Counted from the whole stretch's first letter, positions 1 to 13,011 are shown. The stretch is 62,650 nucleotides of DNA, filler included, from Choristocarpus tenellus KU-1152 (GCA_964200185.2; 13 parts of 13 records of this genome joined end to end with filler, not necessarily neighbours in it), one strand, 5' to 3'. Notes: generated by a model not told the origin, from the letters alone. Numbers and translations: made by a program.

Positions 1-59
1 TTTGGGCCAAAATTGACACCCTGGTGTAGACCCCCCCCCCCCCCCAGATACTTTGGGTC
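1..59 (+). mobile_element. MITE family B, 3' end, abutting a MITE-A copy
   Basis: GACACCCTGGTGTAGA-polyC-CAGATACTTTGGGTC, the same end as the copies ending at 999, 4956 and 44406. Confidence 0.8.
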
Positions 60-237
60 TTTACCTACTCCAAAATGTCTCGGACCAGGGAAAATGTATA
101 CATTGTGAAAAGGTGTGTCCAGAACAAGAATATTGACACTTCCTTACAAACACAATAGCCTAAATCACATCAGAATCACAACATTGGATTTTGGACCCGA
201 AACGGATGCGACTCTACCCTCTAAGATACTTTGACTC
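60..237 (-). mobile_element. MITE family A, partial
   Basis: Ends in TACCCTCTAAGATACTTTGACTC (TIR); body matches 6751-7008 in reverse. Confidence 0.85.
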
Positions 238-257
238 TTCGCAAGAAACGTAACTCT

Positions 258-438
258 GGCTCAAAGCAGCTGGGGGGGGGGTGGCGGCTGTCCTTTCAGG
301 GCCCACTTTTCCATATCGCGATTTTTGGGTGATTTGGTTGAATGCGTCGGATGGATAATGTAAGTCCACTTATCCTGGTCAGGGCCCGAAAGAGCACTTG
401 GTATAGACCCCCCGGCCACCCTCCAGATACTTTGAACT
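258..438 (+). mobile_element. MITE family B, about 180 bp
   Basis: GGCTCAAAG...CTGGGGG start, GCGATTTTTGGGTGATTTGGTTG core, CCAGATACTTTG end. Confidence 0.8.
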
Positions 439-864
439 TAACTGCATTGGAAATATCTAGCCTGGTCATGATAGCTACCCACACCAAACAACCAGCACCC
501 TCTCCATACGGGACATTATAATGAGCTAATTTCTGTTATAGTCAGGCATCATGCAGAACATCTCTAGCATATAGTTACCCATCACACATTTTGGAATAAT
601 AATCTCCTGTTAAAAACCTTTTCGGGTTAGCTATAAACATCAATAAAATCATGAGTTTTCCCCTTACCTGAAGCAATCCCATATATCATTTTGCTTTCTA
701 GAGATGAACATTTCGATGATCCACCTCATCCTTGTCTGAAGTCCTTGAGAGATCATGAAGTACCGCCCTCTTTTTTACCCCATCCATACCAAATCTTTGA
801 CAATTCTCGTATTGTACTTGGTGTGACTAATGCTAACTGTCCCTGTAATTCTGTCAAGTCAAAT

Positions 865-999
865 CTCACATGTCGCGATTTTTTTTGTGTAATTTGGTTG
901 CATACTTCGGATGGACATTGTAAGTGCATTTTCCTGGTCATCGCCCGAAATGAACACCCTGGTGTAGACCCCCCCCACCCACCCCAGATACTTTGGGTC
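865..999 (+). mobile_element. MITE family B, 5'-truncated
   Basis: CATGTCGCGATTTTT...CCCAGATACTTTGGGTC. Confidence 0.75.
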
Positions 1000-1074
1000 A
1001 CAACCCACATGGAATACATAGCGTAAATCACAGGGATCTTTACTGCATTGCTGAGTTCCCTTACTTTACAATTG

Positions 1075-2350
1075 GAGCGTGAGGGCAGGAGGTTGAAGAC
1101 CAGATTGCGGGCAAGGGCGACAGACTCCAAAGGAACATGCACCCACTGAAGCTTAGGTCAAGCACACCATGTCCCTCAGTTGGTGATGATGTGCCATCAG
1201 CCACTGTCATTTGGAAGTCATCATGACATGGTCCAAAATTGTACGTGTTGGGTCGTTGGCCATACTCTTGAATGCCCCAAAATCAAAGCACCATCTATCT
1301 AAACAAGACACTCCCACCTTCTTATGATCGGCCACAGCAGCCAATGTAGCCTCTAATCTATTGCTACCTCTATTTTTCTTGACTGGTCCCAACCCTGGCC
1401 CAGTCAATACTTCCGCCTCTTTAGGCGTGATTGCCCTCCCCTGGCGACAACTCTAGGTGTCCCCTTTCCCCACAGTTGAGGTACTGCCTTTCGAATGTAC
1501 ACAGACTGGTATGTTGAATCAGTCTGCATTCTTCACATCATTCCCAAGGTAGGATCCTGTCATACCAGGGTTCGCAAGATAACCTGTTAAGCTGTGGCCA
1601 CTAGGCCGATTGGCCTTTGTTATTAGTGTCACCCCTGACAGGATACCAAGCCGTGCCAGCGCTCATGTAATGTTTTTGTGATACAACCACTTTCCTTAGT
1701 GTGCTGTATGATTCCTGCAATTAAGGCATTCCTGTCTTCCTCCCGATTTCTTGTCTCTCTCTGCAGAGACAAATATCTTCAACGAGCAGCCCATTGGAAC
1801 ATAGCTCTCATCCTCTCCCCATTACCATGATGAGATGTTGTAGGTAATGCTTGATGATTTGATAGTCATCAATCAAGCAGTCCAGCATGGTTTTTTGAAG
1901 AACTTGTTCCGATATCTCATGCCTATCAAAGCCCTCTGGCCCACCCAGTCCATCATAGCGGTGAAGGTAATTTGGGGGTCTGACCGCCTAGCAATTTCCT
2001 CATATTTGAGTAGATATGAAAATGCTCTCCAAGCTGCTTCTACGTCTCAGAAGGTGAAGCTGCATTTCGAACAATGCACCTATAGAATACATCATTACTC
2101 CTCAACTGAGTATCGTAAACCTCCTTTACCTTAACGACTTCTTCCTCACTCAACAACCCCTTCCTCCTTGATGAAGCTGATGTCGCCCAAACGAAGAGGG
2201 TCCTCCTATCCTCCAGAGCTTGATTGATATTGCCTTTTGTGCCCAGAAGGCACGTGTTGTGGCGAACCAGTCCACATAATTGTGATCTGACAGTTGAAGG
2301 AGTTTAGTTTGGAAACCATATGAGGTCATGAGTGTAGTTAACCTACCCAA
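1075..2350 (-). mobile_element. Degenerate Ty1/copia gag-protease fragment
   Basis: Gag-like LSDHNYVDW; zinc-knuckle remnant NCGERGH (~1460-1480); protease-like WCFDFGAFKSM followed by VALARNLVFNLL; many frameshifts. Confidence 0.65.
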
Positions 2351-4508
2351 GCCACTCCAGCCCTAGATGCGCCTCCTCTACCTAGAGTATGTTTGTTGGC
2401 ACTTAAGTGTTGTGAAAAGCTTTGCGCATGAATGGGTCGTCGCCAAGAGGTGCTGGTATTGTTAATACAGTAAGCAAATGCTGAATATTAATTTTCTGAT
2501 GGGTTCTTGTCTTAACCATCACGTGACTTACGTACAAACTCTGACTCGTCATATCGTTATGTTACTATTGTACTGAACATCACATAAACGTACACGAAAT
2601 TGTCGCACTACTGTGTTACATGTTTGCATCAGCACACACAACGTAAACATAGCACCAGGTATCGCGACAGTTGTGGACTTATGACCCAAGCACACCACCC
2701 CAATGTGCAGAACTTGTTTAATCTTTACTCCACCTACGGTCGAAGCTTCAGCTTCAGCTTCTAACCCCACTGCAGGCCCCACCCTACCTCCCACAAGAAC
2801 AGATCCTGAGGAAGAGCTTGGTTGTTGAGAATCCCGAGAAAAATTCTGTCATCATGCTCATCATCACTCATGTTAGCGTTCAAGTCCGGGTCGAGATCTT
2901 CCCCGGATGAAATGTAGCAAAACATTTTTTTGTGAGACCAGCACTTTTGAGGAAAGGGAAGGTGGTGGAGGAAATCGATTTTGTTGACTCCATGTAAACC
3001 AATTATGCGTTAGGCTCGAAATATACTTGAAGTTGGGGAAAATACAACAGAAATTAGTGTAACTTGCGAAAGCAGAGCAAAGAAGAGAGACTGCGATTTG
3101 ATCGGGGACCAAAAATGATAAGGTAAATATCCTCTACCTCCACAGTGTTACCCCAACCCTTGGGTACTATGCCTGAGTCAGACCATAACAACGTTGGTTG
3201 GTTTAGCCCTCCCTTGTTATGGAGACAAAATGTATGGGATGAGGTGGTAAGTGGTATCGAAGTTCAATGTACCTCATTCACATGCACTCAACTTTGCTCT
3301 CTTGAGTTCGGAACCTGTCAGGGGTGTGGGTATTTTGTAGGAGGATTTTAAAAGAGAGGTTTGTGAGAGGATGGGGATATCTGTGGAAGTATTATTTGTG
3401 CTGAAAGGTATGCAGCCATGTGGTACGGGTGCGAGTAACAATGTTTACAAGGGAGAACGCGGTGGTATTGTTGGTAATACTATGGAAAACACAACTTCTA
3501 TTCCCTGCAGAAGTGCAAACTGCCTGGGAGAGATGTTTTTTTGTGTGTATATGTATGTTTAGGAAGCTTTCAGCATCAGTACAAGCAGTCAAATATGAGA
3601 AATCACAAGCTTGACAATTTTCTGTTAAGCGAGGAGCAAAGTGATACACACAATTGCATGGAGCTTTTTGCGATGGTACAAGAAATTATTTTTGCCCTTC
3701 TTAGGATCCAATAAATGCAACCCTGACAACCTCTCAATTGGTTTGACTTTGGGGTAATTTGAATGTATTGTTTCCCTTTACCATCAATATTTGCTATTGC
3801 TACATCACCCACTTTACATTCACCTCACATGTTCAAACAATATTAGCGTGACACAATATTGTTGTCACACTGAAAACACTTCCATCCAAGGATACAATGA
3901 CGCTAGTGTATGAGTAAAACTTACATGTGTCTTTGCAGGTTATTTTTTCAGCAATGAATGACGTTGATGTACCATTCCACAAACAAATGCTCTATCATAT
4001 ACTCCAAAATTGAAACGTAGAAGGAGACTTGAAATTGACCGTGCATATTCCCATCAGTAAACATCTCCTCTCGGTGTACTTATCTTTCTACACATTCCAA
4101 CAAATACCAAACAACTCTCTGGAATACCTCTTTCAAGGTGCTGATCAAATATAGATAATATCAACAAACCTGAAAAGAATACTCCCTCCAACAAATTGAT
4201 CCGTGGACAAACAATGCAAATGAGGTAGTAGGTAATTGCGACCTGATTATGTGATATCAGAGAAGACAACTATATGCCAACCTCCTGCTCCCAAAACCAA
4301 TACATACACATACTTCCACCTTTTTATGACTGGGATCATTTTTGTGACAGGTCGCTGACTAATCTCGAAAATCCAGATATTTGCTGACAAAGAAATTGGA
4401 GGTTATTGAATCTGTTTGAAATTTCTGCTCTTGGACGAAATAGCTGTTCGATAAATTGATAATGCGGTCAATAGTTCCTTGTGTAATCATACTATACTGC
4501 GGACTAAA

Positions 4509-4683
4509 GGCTCAAAGTATCTGGGAGGGGGTGGTGGCTGTTCATTCAGGGGCCATTTTTCAATGTCGCGATTTTTGGGTGATTTGGTTGCAAACGTCGG
4601 ATGGATAGTGTGAGTGCACTTCTCCTAGTCAGGGCTCGAATGGACACCCTGGTGTAGAACCCCCCCCCCCCCCCCCCCCCCCC
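4509..4683 (+). mobile_element. MITE family B
   Basis: GGCTCAAAGTATCTGGGAGGG start; runs into the poly-C tract. Confidence 0.8.
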
Positions 4684-4736
4684 GTCTCTGTATAACGCCC
4701 CACGTGACGAAACTGCCCAGAATACTCTCACACTAC

Positions 4737-4836
4737 NNNNNNNNNNNNNNNNNNNNNNNNNNNNNNNNNNNNNNNNNNNNTTAATTAATTAANNNNNNNN
4801 NNNNNNNNNNNNNNNNNNNNNNNNNNNNNNNNNNNN
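4737..4836. other. Artificial contig-join spacer (N44-TTAATTAATTAA-N44); identical spacers at 10406-10505, 13543-13642, 16614-16713, 23836-23935, 29622-29721, 33500-33599, 37253-37352, 43589-43688, 48722-48821, 55327-55426, 59885-59984
   Basis: Twelve identical 100-bp gaps, each with a 12-mer giving stops in all six frames. Confidence 0.98.
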
Positions 4837-4956
4837 GCGATTTTTAGGTGATTTGGTTGCATACATCAGATGGATACTGTAAATGCACTTTTCCTGATTT
4901 TGGTCCAAATGGACACCTTGGTGTAGCCCCCCCCCCCCTCCCAGATACTTTGGGTC
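4837..4956 (+). mobile_element. MITE family B, partial at contig start
   Basis: GCGATTTTTAGGTGATTTGG...CCCAGATACTTTGGGTC. Confidence 0.8.
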
Positions 4957-6255
4957 AATACGACTAGGATTTCTTCTCCTGGAGGAGAACATTACCAGTG
5001 GTAGGAAGAATACCAACATGTGGACAGTGCCCTCCCAGTCCATGGAGGGCAGACTGTCTGTGATAGAAGCAGGTGTCGTGCGAGGATACCAGCTGATGTG
5101 ACAAAGATGTCAAAGAAGTACAGGTCGTACCAGTGAGGCTTATACTACTCGTTGACCCCAAAATGCCAACTTGCATGTGATCCTTCAACCTCCTTCCTCT
5201 TTGAAGGCCGCATCACATTCTGGTATTGTTTTCTCCACTCCCTACCTCATCGGATCCCAGGGCTTACATCCATGTTTCAACCTTGGGAAAGCTGAGAATA
5301 AGCAAGATTTGAAAGGGAGTGGAGGGATAATGGGAGGGATAACTGCAGAGGCAACGGGGACAGCCGTAGGGACTAGGTCTCCATGCAAGCATGGTATAGG
5401 TCGGAACTTATCACCCTCTCAGGCGGGTGGGACTCAAACCCCTCTGAATTACAGTAGCAAGGGTTGTGCCAACTTGAATCACAAAAGGGGAAGAGCAATC
5501 ATGTCATGGAACAGAAGGATTCATTCAATGGAATATCCAAAGGCAAATAAGTGTTTGGGTGTGGGTGAGGATGGGGGCCAGAGGCAAGGCCTGTCGGTGG
5601 GAAATGAGCATGCCACAATGCAGACAAATGGACGGGGCTCAACACATAAACCAGCGGCCACTTTTGACAGTGTAGACATGGTGATGGTGGCCGACTTGGT
5701 TTCCCATCCTGAGAGCAGGGCTAAGGTGACACAGAAGAGTGACTTCTGAGTCTTGCACACCGATAAGATTTCTATTTATTTTATTGCTTCGTGCCTGAGC
5801 AGCTGTACACCCCCAAATTCAGGCCAGGCCCAGGCGGTGTCATTATGGTCAATCACATGTGGTTTTCTAAATTTGGGGTGATATGAGGTACTTGAAAGAA
5901 TGAGTTAGAATCTGGAGGTTGATTTCGATTTAAACACCGTTGGAGCAATGATAGAGTCATGTGTATGTTTGGAGAGCATACTGACTTGGTGTCCAAATAA
6001 TGAACCTGTATGTAGAGCTTGGTGAGTTTCAGATACAGAGCGATGATGCAATTTGAGTTAACGCTTTGAGAACATCGCCCAATTTTGATACCCCTGACCA
6101 ACCAATCCTCCTTCATCTTGCTTCCTCTGTGGTTCATTTTGCCATACTCCTTGATATGATCTATCTATTTGCTCTGGGCCCACATATCTCCTCTAGCGAC
6201 TTCTCCTGCACAAAGCGGACATTGGCCACCCCACAGGATTTGCCGCCCTCCTAAG

Positions 6256-9200
6256 GTGCATCCGAATAAATAAACTCGAGTCCCTTGCACTCGGTGGCTG
6301 CCAAGGACTAGCAGAGGAGGACTGGGAGGACTTTGGAGATGCACTGCGCACCAATGCCTTTATCATGAAGGAGGTAGTAGTGGAGGGCTCTATATCAGGT
6401 TAGCACAGAATAGCAAGCTATTCTAGGACTACTTTCTTCACAGGCCCGACAAGTGGTCAGAGGGAATGCCCAATGCACTACTTCTCTCATTCTACTGTAC
6501 CTATGTAATCATTGCATCAAGACTCATTGTGTTGCTTCCATTCATGCCTTGCTTCTCCCGCATAGAATTCAGCAATATTACTGCTTGTTGCTCCACCTTT
6601 CTCAACTCTTGTGCCGTATTTGTCTTGATATTACTCCACAATAGAGATTTGCAACCTCATCTCGTTTTCCTCCATTTTGGTGGTGTAATATAGCAAGAAA
6701 CAGGACAGCACAGGCATGCACAATATGCAGTCATTCCAACATAGACTTTTGAGCTAAAGTATCTTAGGGGGTAGAGCCACGTCCATTTGGGGACCAAAAT
6801 CCAATGTTGCGATTTTGATGTAAATTTGGCTATCGTATTTGTTAGGAAGTGTCAATATCCTTGTTCTAAAGGCACCTTTTCATAACATATACATTTTACC
6901 TACTCTGAGATATTTTGGACTAGAAAAATGTCATAAAAACTCCGAAAGAAACCAAGCCCCAAATGGACAAACAGGGAAAAACTCGCACCCTCTAAGATAC
7001 TTTCACTCTTTTGGATTATCAATACCAGATCTCCCTTAAAACGAATCTGGCGATAAGTGTGTTTGAACTCGTGCATACTTCCAAAGGAATGCCAGCCTTA
7101 ACCATTGATCTACAACTTTGCAAGTGTTGGAGTGGCGATGTCTATTGATAGTCCACATAGCCTAGATCTGATCCAATTGAATCTAAACACTTGCAAGCAT
7201 TGAAGCGACAAGATCTTGCCTGCATTGCACTCGGCACAAGTCATTTTGGAGGGTCGAACTTGTTTGAGGAGGCAAGAGGTTGCTCCCATACAAGCTTAAA
7301 ATCGGTCCATGTTGAACGGAAGATGGTACAAAATATTGAAACGGCAATATCTCCCCCCATGATGACCGTAAAACATTGCATAGTTGAAAAGAGTCTCTTT
7401 TAGAAATCAAATCAACATGGTCATGCCCCCGTGGCGCCAACTCCCAACATTACCAAGTAGAACCGAACCTGGTAGTTTCAAGTTTCCAATGTCTTCCCCC
7501 TGAAAGTTCGAAAATTTCAACTCTTTTCTGGTGAGAGAAACTGTTGTAAGTATTAAAAAAAAGCAGCAAACATCTGACAGTACCACACCAGTCCAAGTTC
7601 TGAACTCATGGAGGTAAAAGTAGTAGGTATTGACATCAAAGGAGCTTCAGACTTACCAACGGTGAACCAAAATGTTTGCAAATGTTGAAGTGCCAACTTG
7701 TTGAACTCAAAAATAGGCTCAAACAGATCATAGTGACTGAACCATTTTTTCGGTACTTCTGGAAGTAGCTAGGTGTTTACCCCTATACTACTGCCAAACA
7801 TATCTAAGCAATGAACCCAGAGTATGTAGGGCATTTATGCTTTTACTTATCACCCTGCAACTCAGCTTCAAAAATAATACTCCCTCTGTCCCATAAGTCT
7901 GTTCCTGTATGCATGTAACTCTTCGGGATGACCTCCGATTTCAAAACGGATTTTTGCTTTGGATTCCTTGACGTGTTAGAATTAAAAGCCCTTTGCTTGT
8001 TTTCACTCAACGCCTTCAACCCGCCAGTTCAGTACCTTCTCGTGGGCCTCTTGATCTACCGGAACCGACATGGGCAACGTACCCTCCCGCTGCCTCTTTC
8101 TGGTCTCCGTGTGCTCTACCTTGAAGACGTCCCCCCCCGACCCCTTGAGCACCTGGTTGTACCTCTTAAAGAGACTCTGCCATACCCTCTCGAGGGTTTC
8201 TGCGTCGTGTTCGTTGAACCCTCGTTCCGAGGAATCCAGCACAAAAATCCGTTTTGAAATCGGAGGTTATCCCGAAGAGGTACATGCATAAAGGAACAGA
8301 TTTATATACGACGCAGGAACCCCCATAGAGGGTATGGCAGAGTCTCTTTAAGAGATACAACCAGGTGCTAAGGGGCTGGGGGAGAATGACTTCGAGGTAG
8401 AGCACACGGGGATCAGAAAGAGGAAGTGGGAGGGTACATTGCCCATGTCATCTCCGGTAGATCAAGAGGCCCACAAGAAGGAACTTGAATTGGTGGATTG
8501 ATGGCGTTGAGTGAAAGCAAGCAAAGGTTTTCTAATGCTAAAACGTCAAGGAATCCAAAGCAAAATTTGTTTTGAAATCGGAGGTCATCCCGAAGAGTTA
8601 CATGCATACAGGAACAGACTTATGGGACAGAGGGAGTACATACTTGAGTCCAAACAGTACGTGATAACTCTAAGGCAAGGACCCAAACCAAGATAATCCA
8701 CTAGGCACGTGTGGAGATAAAAGACATGTTGGTGGTTTTTGCATTCCTTCTTGGAAGGTGGTGTGTGATTGTGTGCTTTGATATTCCAGGTACAACATAA
8801 GCAGAAAACAGCCGAAACCCCTACAGCTTGCAGCAACCTAATCGCTACCTCATCCATGCATTAATCGTCTGTTTACACTAAACCACCAGGAGTACTGCAG
8901 GAGGTACTTGTAATGGCAAATGCGCTTTACCCCCCTAAAACCTTTTCATGATTCACAAAGGGACTTCAACACTATAGAGTCATCGCAAAAAAACATTTTT
9001 TGTACCAGATTTGATTTCACAGGGATGATTGTATGCAGGAAGTGCCTTCTTCTACACCCGCATGACGATCATGCAACCAATTTTCTTGTTCTCAATGCAA
9101 TGCAGCTCAAACTCGGCTCAAGCCACGAAGATCCCCCTAGCCTGATCCTTTGAGATCCCCCTAGCCTGATGCTTTGGGTCTATCTACTGAGCAGGTGATA

Positions 9201-10019
9201 CGTTGAGCTCTCTTTTTGGCTCCATGCTCTCCGATCACTTCTTTCGGACCTATGGAGCTCTATCATCCATTGCCTTGGTTCGTAGTCAGGTCTCCGATAA
9301 TGGTGCTGAGGCGGTTGCTGCTGGGCTGGCAGTCTCTCCAACCCTCACTCATCTAGACTTGTCAGGTACATGCATTTACGTGTATGAATCCCTTAGGCAT
9401 GAATACGGAGGATTTCATAAATAGCAATACCTGAGAGTAGGAAGGGGAGTGCCGTTTCTTGTGGTGTGTTGGCAACAGGAATGTGCAGGGGCCGCAAGGG
9501 CTCGAGTGCATCAGTACACGTTAAGGGTGCAATGACAGGGTCACAATTTGCAATCGTTTTTTTTTTTTCAGATCAGACGAATAGATGCTCCGCCTGTCTG
9601 AAAGTCACATACAACACTCATTTTTGACAGTGCCAAAGGCAAGACTAAGTCGGAAACAGGTGCTTTTCATCACCAAGAAGTGATGCACTTTTCCCTTAGC
9701 AGGGACATTATATCCTAAAATCCAATGGTCAATGACTAAGATCGACTGAAACAAACATTGTTTAGAAAGCGCTCCCACATGTTTCTTAGCGCTTCCTTGC
9801 TGTGGGTAGAAATGAGGACAAGAACTAAAAAAAATTATCCTGCGCGCAGTAAATCGTATAGCTGACATTGGGGTGAAAGCCCTAGTGGCGGCACTTGGTA
9901 CCCATGACGAGGCAGAAAGATTAGGCGTCGCACATGGGCAGAGGAAGACACAGGCCAGAAGCATCAGCACAAGAGGAGGGGGGAGGTGTGGCAGGTTGGA
10001 GACTCTGGATCTTGGCCAG
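6256..10019 (+). CDS. Leucine-rich repeat protein (RNI/NLRC3-like), partial; exons 6256-6398, 9195-9365, 9850-10019
   Basis: Phase-consistent AG/GT exons splice into CIRINKLESLALGGCQGL...SQVSDNGAEAVAAGLAVSPTLTHLDLSVNRIADIGVKALVAAL...RLETLDLGQ (LxxLxLxxNxIxDxG motif). Confidence 0.85.
6751..7008 (+). mobile_element. MITE family A, full length (258 bp), intronic
   Basis: TIRs GAGCTAAAGTATCTTAGGGGGT / ACCCTCTAAGATACTTTCACTC, flanked by TTTT/TTTT. Confidence 0.9.
7040..7700 (-). pseudogene. Possible Sola-like DDE transposase remnant
   Basis: Conceptual translation gives VCCFFLILTTVS, then IFCTIFRSTWTDFKL...KFDPPK / TCAEC across a frameshift, resembling the FxxPxxDxCxxC motif of Sola transposases; heavily decayed. 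Confidence 0.3.
7880..8636. mobile_element. Stowaway/mariner-derived foldback element
   Basis: TA-CTCCCTCTGTCCCATAAG ... CTTATGGGACAGAGGGAG-TA; ~330-bp inverted arms carrying the transposase C-terminus TLERVWQSLFKRYNQVLK. Confidence 0.9.
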
Positions 10020-10163
10020 GTATGACAACACTTGCTGTATTACCCGAGGGTGCTCTCACCCTGAAATTCACTCCTAGCGGGATCTTCCGAGGATTGGTGG
10101 GGTGCTGTATAGGAGTTTATCCTTGGTTCATGCGCCAAAATTCGAATATCAACATCTGGACAA

Positions 10164-10405
10164 GAGCCAAAGTATCTCAGAGGGTAGAGCTGCGTCCATT
10201 TGGGGGTCAGAATCCAATATTGCGATTTTGATGTAATTTTAGCTATCATATGGATTAAAAGGTGTCAATATATCCATGTTCTGGACAAACCTTTTCATAG
10301 CGTATACACTTTCCCTACTCCGAAACATTTTGGAGTAGGAAAATGTCATAAAACAACCCGTGGGAAGCCAAGCCCTAAATGGACAAACAGGGCAAAACTC
10401 GTACC
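10164..10405 (+). mobile_element. MITE family A, cut by gap
   Basis: GAGCCAAAGTATCTCAGAGGGTAG start; body matches family. Confidence 0.9.
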
Positions 10406-10578
10406 NNNNNNNNNNNNNNNNNNNNNNNNNNNNNNNNNNNNNNNNNNNNTTAATTAATTAANNNNNNNNNNNNNNNNNNNNNNNNNNNNNNNNNNNNNNN
10501 NNNNNCCTCCTCCCCCCACCCCCCCCTGTTCACACACGCACCACTACCCCAATTCTTAACCCATTTTTTGTTTCACAG

Positions 10579-13011
10579 AATAGCAGTCTGGATGACCTCA
10601 TCAAGCATGCTCTGAAGGCACTATCTGGCTGTGTTACCGGGGACAAGGAGTTGGATGTACAGGGAGCAACCATATCTGTTGTTGGCAAGGTGATGAAGAG
10701 AGTCACAAGGAGCACAGGTTGCTTTGTGCCAGGAAGGGTGAAAAGTTGTCCTCTTCTGCTGCCCTGATCTCCCATTCACACAAAATTGCAAACACACAAG
10801 GATAAGGTATTTAGTGTATCTCCATGATGGAGAGAAGAGAACATGTAGTGCCAATCCACGTGAAAACCTTTTTTGGATGAAGAAATTGAGTCTGCAGCTC
10901 GATTTGGTTGGTCTTTGTGGCCTCCTTGACCATTTTGAGCTAATTTATGCATGGTCTAATCAGATATTTCCACCATGTCAAATCTCTGGTGTGTGCCATG
11001 GCAATCAAGCAATGAAGTTTGTCACATTGAATTTGGAGTTTACTCGTAAGTTGTTCAAATATGTACAAACCCTAACCCTTCCACTATTTTGGCTGGTTCT
11101 TGTTGGCAAGCAGGAGGTGTGCTTTTCTCCAAACAGTAGCATGAAACTGTTGCCTTTTTGCTGTTTGCGCAAATGAAGTGTTACCATTTTGAATGTGCCA
11201 AATATTGAAACAGTATTTTGATCAATAAGAACTGCCATTGCAGAATTTTCTGTGAAAAATCTGGCGGTTACAAGTTCTTTACCTTCAGTAGCTGTGGTGT
11301 TGGGAGTCCCTCCCAAATAGCTGTATTTGGGGGCAGATTTTGTCAGTGTTTGAGTTTCCAAGTGCATCATCGCATGAACGGTGACGTATTGTTATTGGAC
11401 CTTGCATGGAATAGGATGTTGATCAAATGTAAGTCTGTTGATATTTGACTTCATTCAAAATAGGAAGTGAGACCATTACCTCAGTGGTGTCGTAGTATCT
11501 CAACATTTTCACAGATTAAAGCTGGTGAGATGAAACCGATCGTGAGTGGCTGCTTAATCTATACATTGAAAGCAAACTGATTAAAGTGAGATTTGTTTGC
11601 AAGACGATGGTTAACACAAGATATGAGAGTGAGATGACTGCTCATGGAATAGTAAGGAAGGACTAGTGGGGTAGTGAGTGCCCTGGCCTCTGATTATATT
11701 AAAATGTTGAAATACCACTTTGCCACAAGGGCAGAAGCCTCGTCCTGGAATATTCTGATGATATGTAGTGGTCTCTCAAAATCTTCACAAAATAGGGGGT
11801 GCTGTGAGCTTATGGCTTTGTCTGAAGATGAGGATCTTTGAGGGATTGGCCTCTTGCTGAGAAGAGTGAGAGTGTATTGCCTGTGCTGTAAATTTGTGTG
11901 ATGTCAAGATGGTGTTGGAAGCTAGTAAGTGAAGCAGCCTTAGATTCCCCCCCTTTATGTGATCTATACATTACTTGAGCCAGTACAAATAGTTGCCCAG
12001 CATTTAAAAAAAATGCCATTGATGCAGATGAGTTTTGCGTATATCAATCTGCTTGTGGGCGGTTTTTTTGTTGTGGAATGTAGTCACACACACATGCACA
12101 GAGAGAGAGAGAGAGACTGTGGACCCATCCCCTCTGTTGATGTGCAATGTCCAGGGAACAAACTTTGAGATCATTGAGGGAGACCGACTTCAGGCCTACA
12201 TGGATGCCATTGAGCTGGAGGGCAATGGCCCGCAACCAATGGAAGATGAAGGCATGGAGGAGGAGAAGGTGAGGGTGGTACTGGGATCAGATAGGGAGTG
12301 AATCTAAAAAATAATATAAATATAAATGCTTTGGCGCCATGGATTCTATTTTACGTTTTGGTAGCCTCCTGTATGGCGGATTGGCCTCTTATCACGAAGT
12401 GCGCACTATTGTGTGACTGCTGCAGTAGTTCTGGATCAAAAATTATTTCAGGGAGTTTAACAGATAGGTCTCATGAGCAGAATTGTACAGTTGGGCTGTT
12501 TCTCAGGTGTTATCCACGGTGCTCCTGACGTGCACTATTGCTCTATTTTGAACTGCCTGGGTTGGTATTGGTACTCTTTTTTTGGTGACCTCATAATGGA
12601 GGGGGGGTGGGGGTGAGTGGTCTGTTTGGTCTGTGCATTCTTGATGCCTGGATTGTACTGTGTGTGTGTATGGAAGGCGTTGTAAAGTATCATACTTGGG
12701 CATTGAGGAGGTTACGTCAACTTCGTCCAGAATCGAAAATGAGTTGTTGCTTGTGGTAGTGTCTTCTATATGGCACAGGTTTGTGACGTGTAAGTTTCAG
12801 TGTTACACAATGGTGAATTTTGTATGTATATGTATTATTGTAATGCGGTAGTCACCTTCCAACCAAGGTAAACCTTTAGAGTGGCTACCACACTATGTAT
12901 CTTCAAGTAGCAACAATGTGCTATTTGCAGACACTGACCTGCCCCGGTGGTTTTTCTTGTGCCCTAACAATTCTTGTGACTGCACAGGGTGCTGGTGTGG
13001 CAGAAGCATGA
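10579..13011 (+). CDS. PSMA1: 20S proteasome subunit alpha type-1 (alpha-6), 3' exons 10579-10689, 12155-12268, 12988-13011
   Basis: NSSLDDLIKHALKALSGCVTGDKELDVQGATISVVGK|GTNFEIIEGDRLQAYMDAIE...EEEK|GAGVAEA*; phase-0 CAG/GT junctions; resembles the alpha-6 C-terminus with an acidic tail. Confidence 0.85.

Noticed and set aside
4781-4792. Recurrent TTAATTAATTAA palindrome
   Set aside because: Artificial linker within N gaps.
5171-5749. 192-aa ORF
   Set aside because: No motif, non-ATG start and no convincing splice link to the LRR exons; cannot be supported.
6839-7039. Recurrent short ORFs of type LGSVNILV...PSPKWTNRAKLVPSKILS
   Set aside because: Translations of non-coding MITE-A copies, not a gene family.
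9129-9176. 24-bp tandem duplication before an LRR exon acceptor
   Set aside because: Ordinary slippage duplication in an intron.
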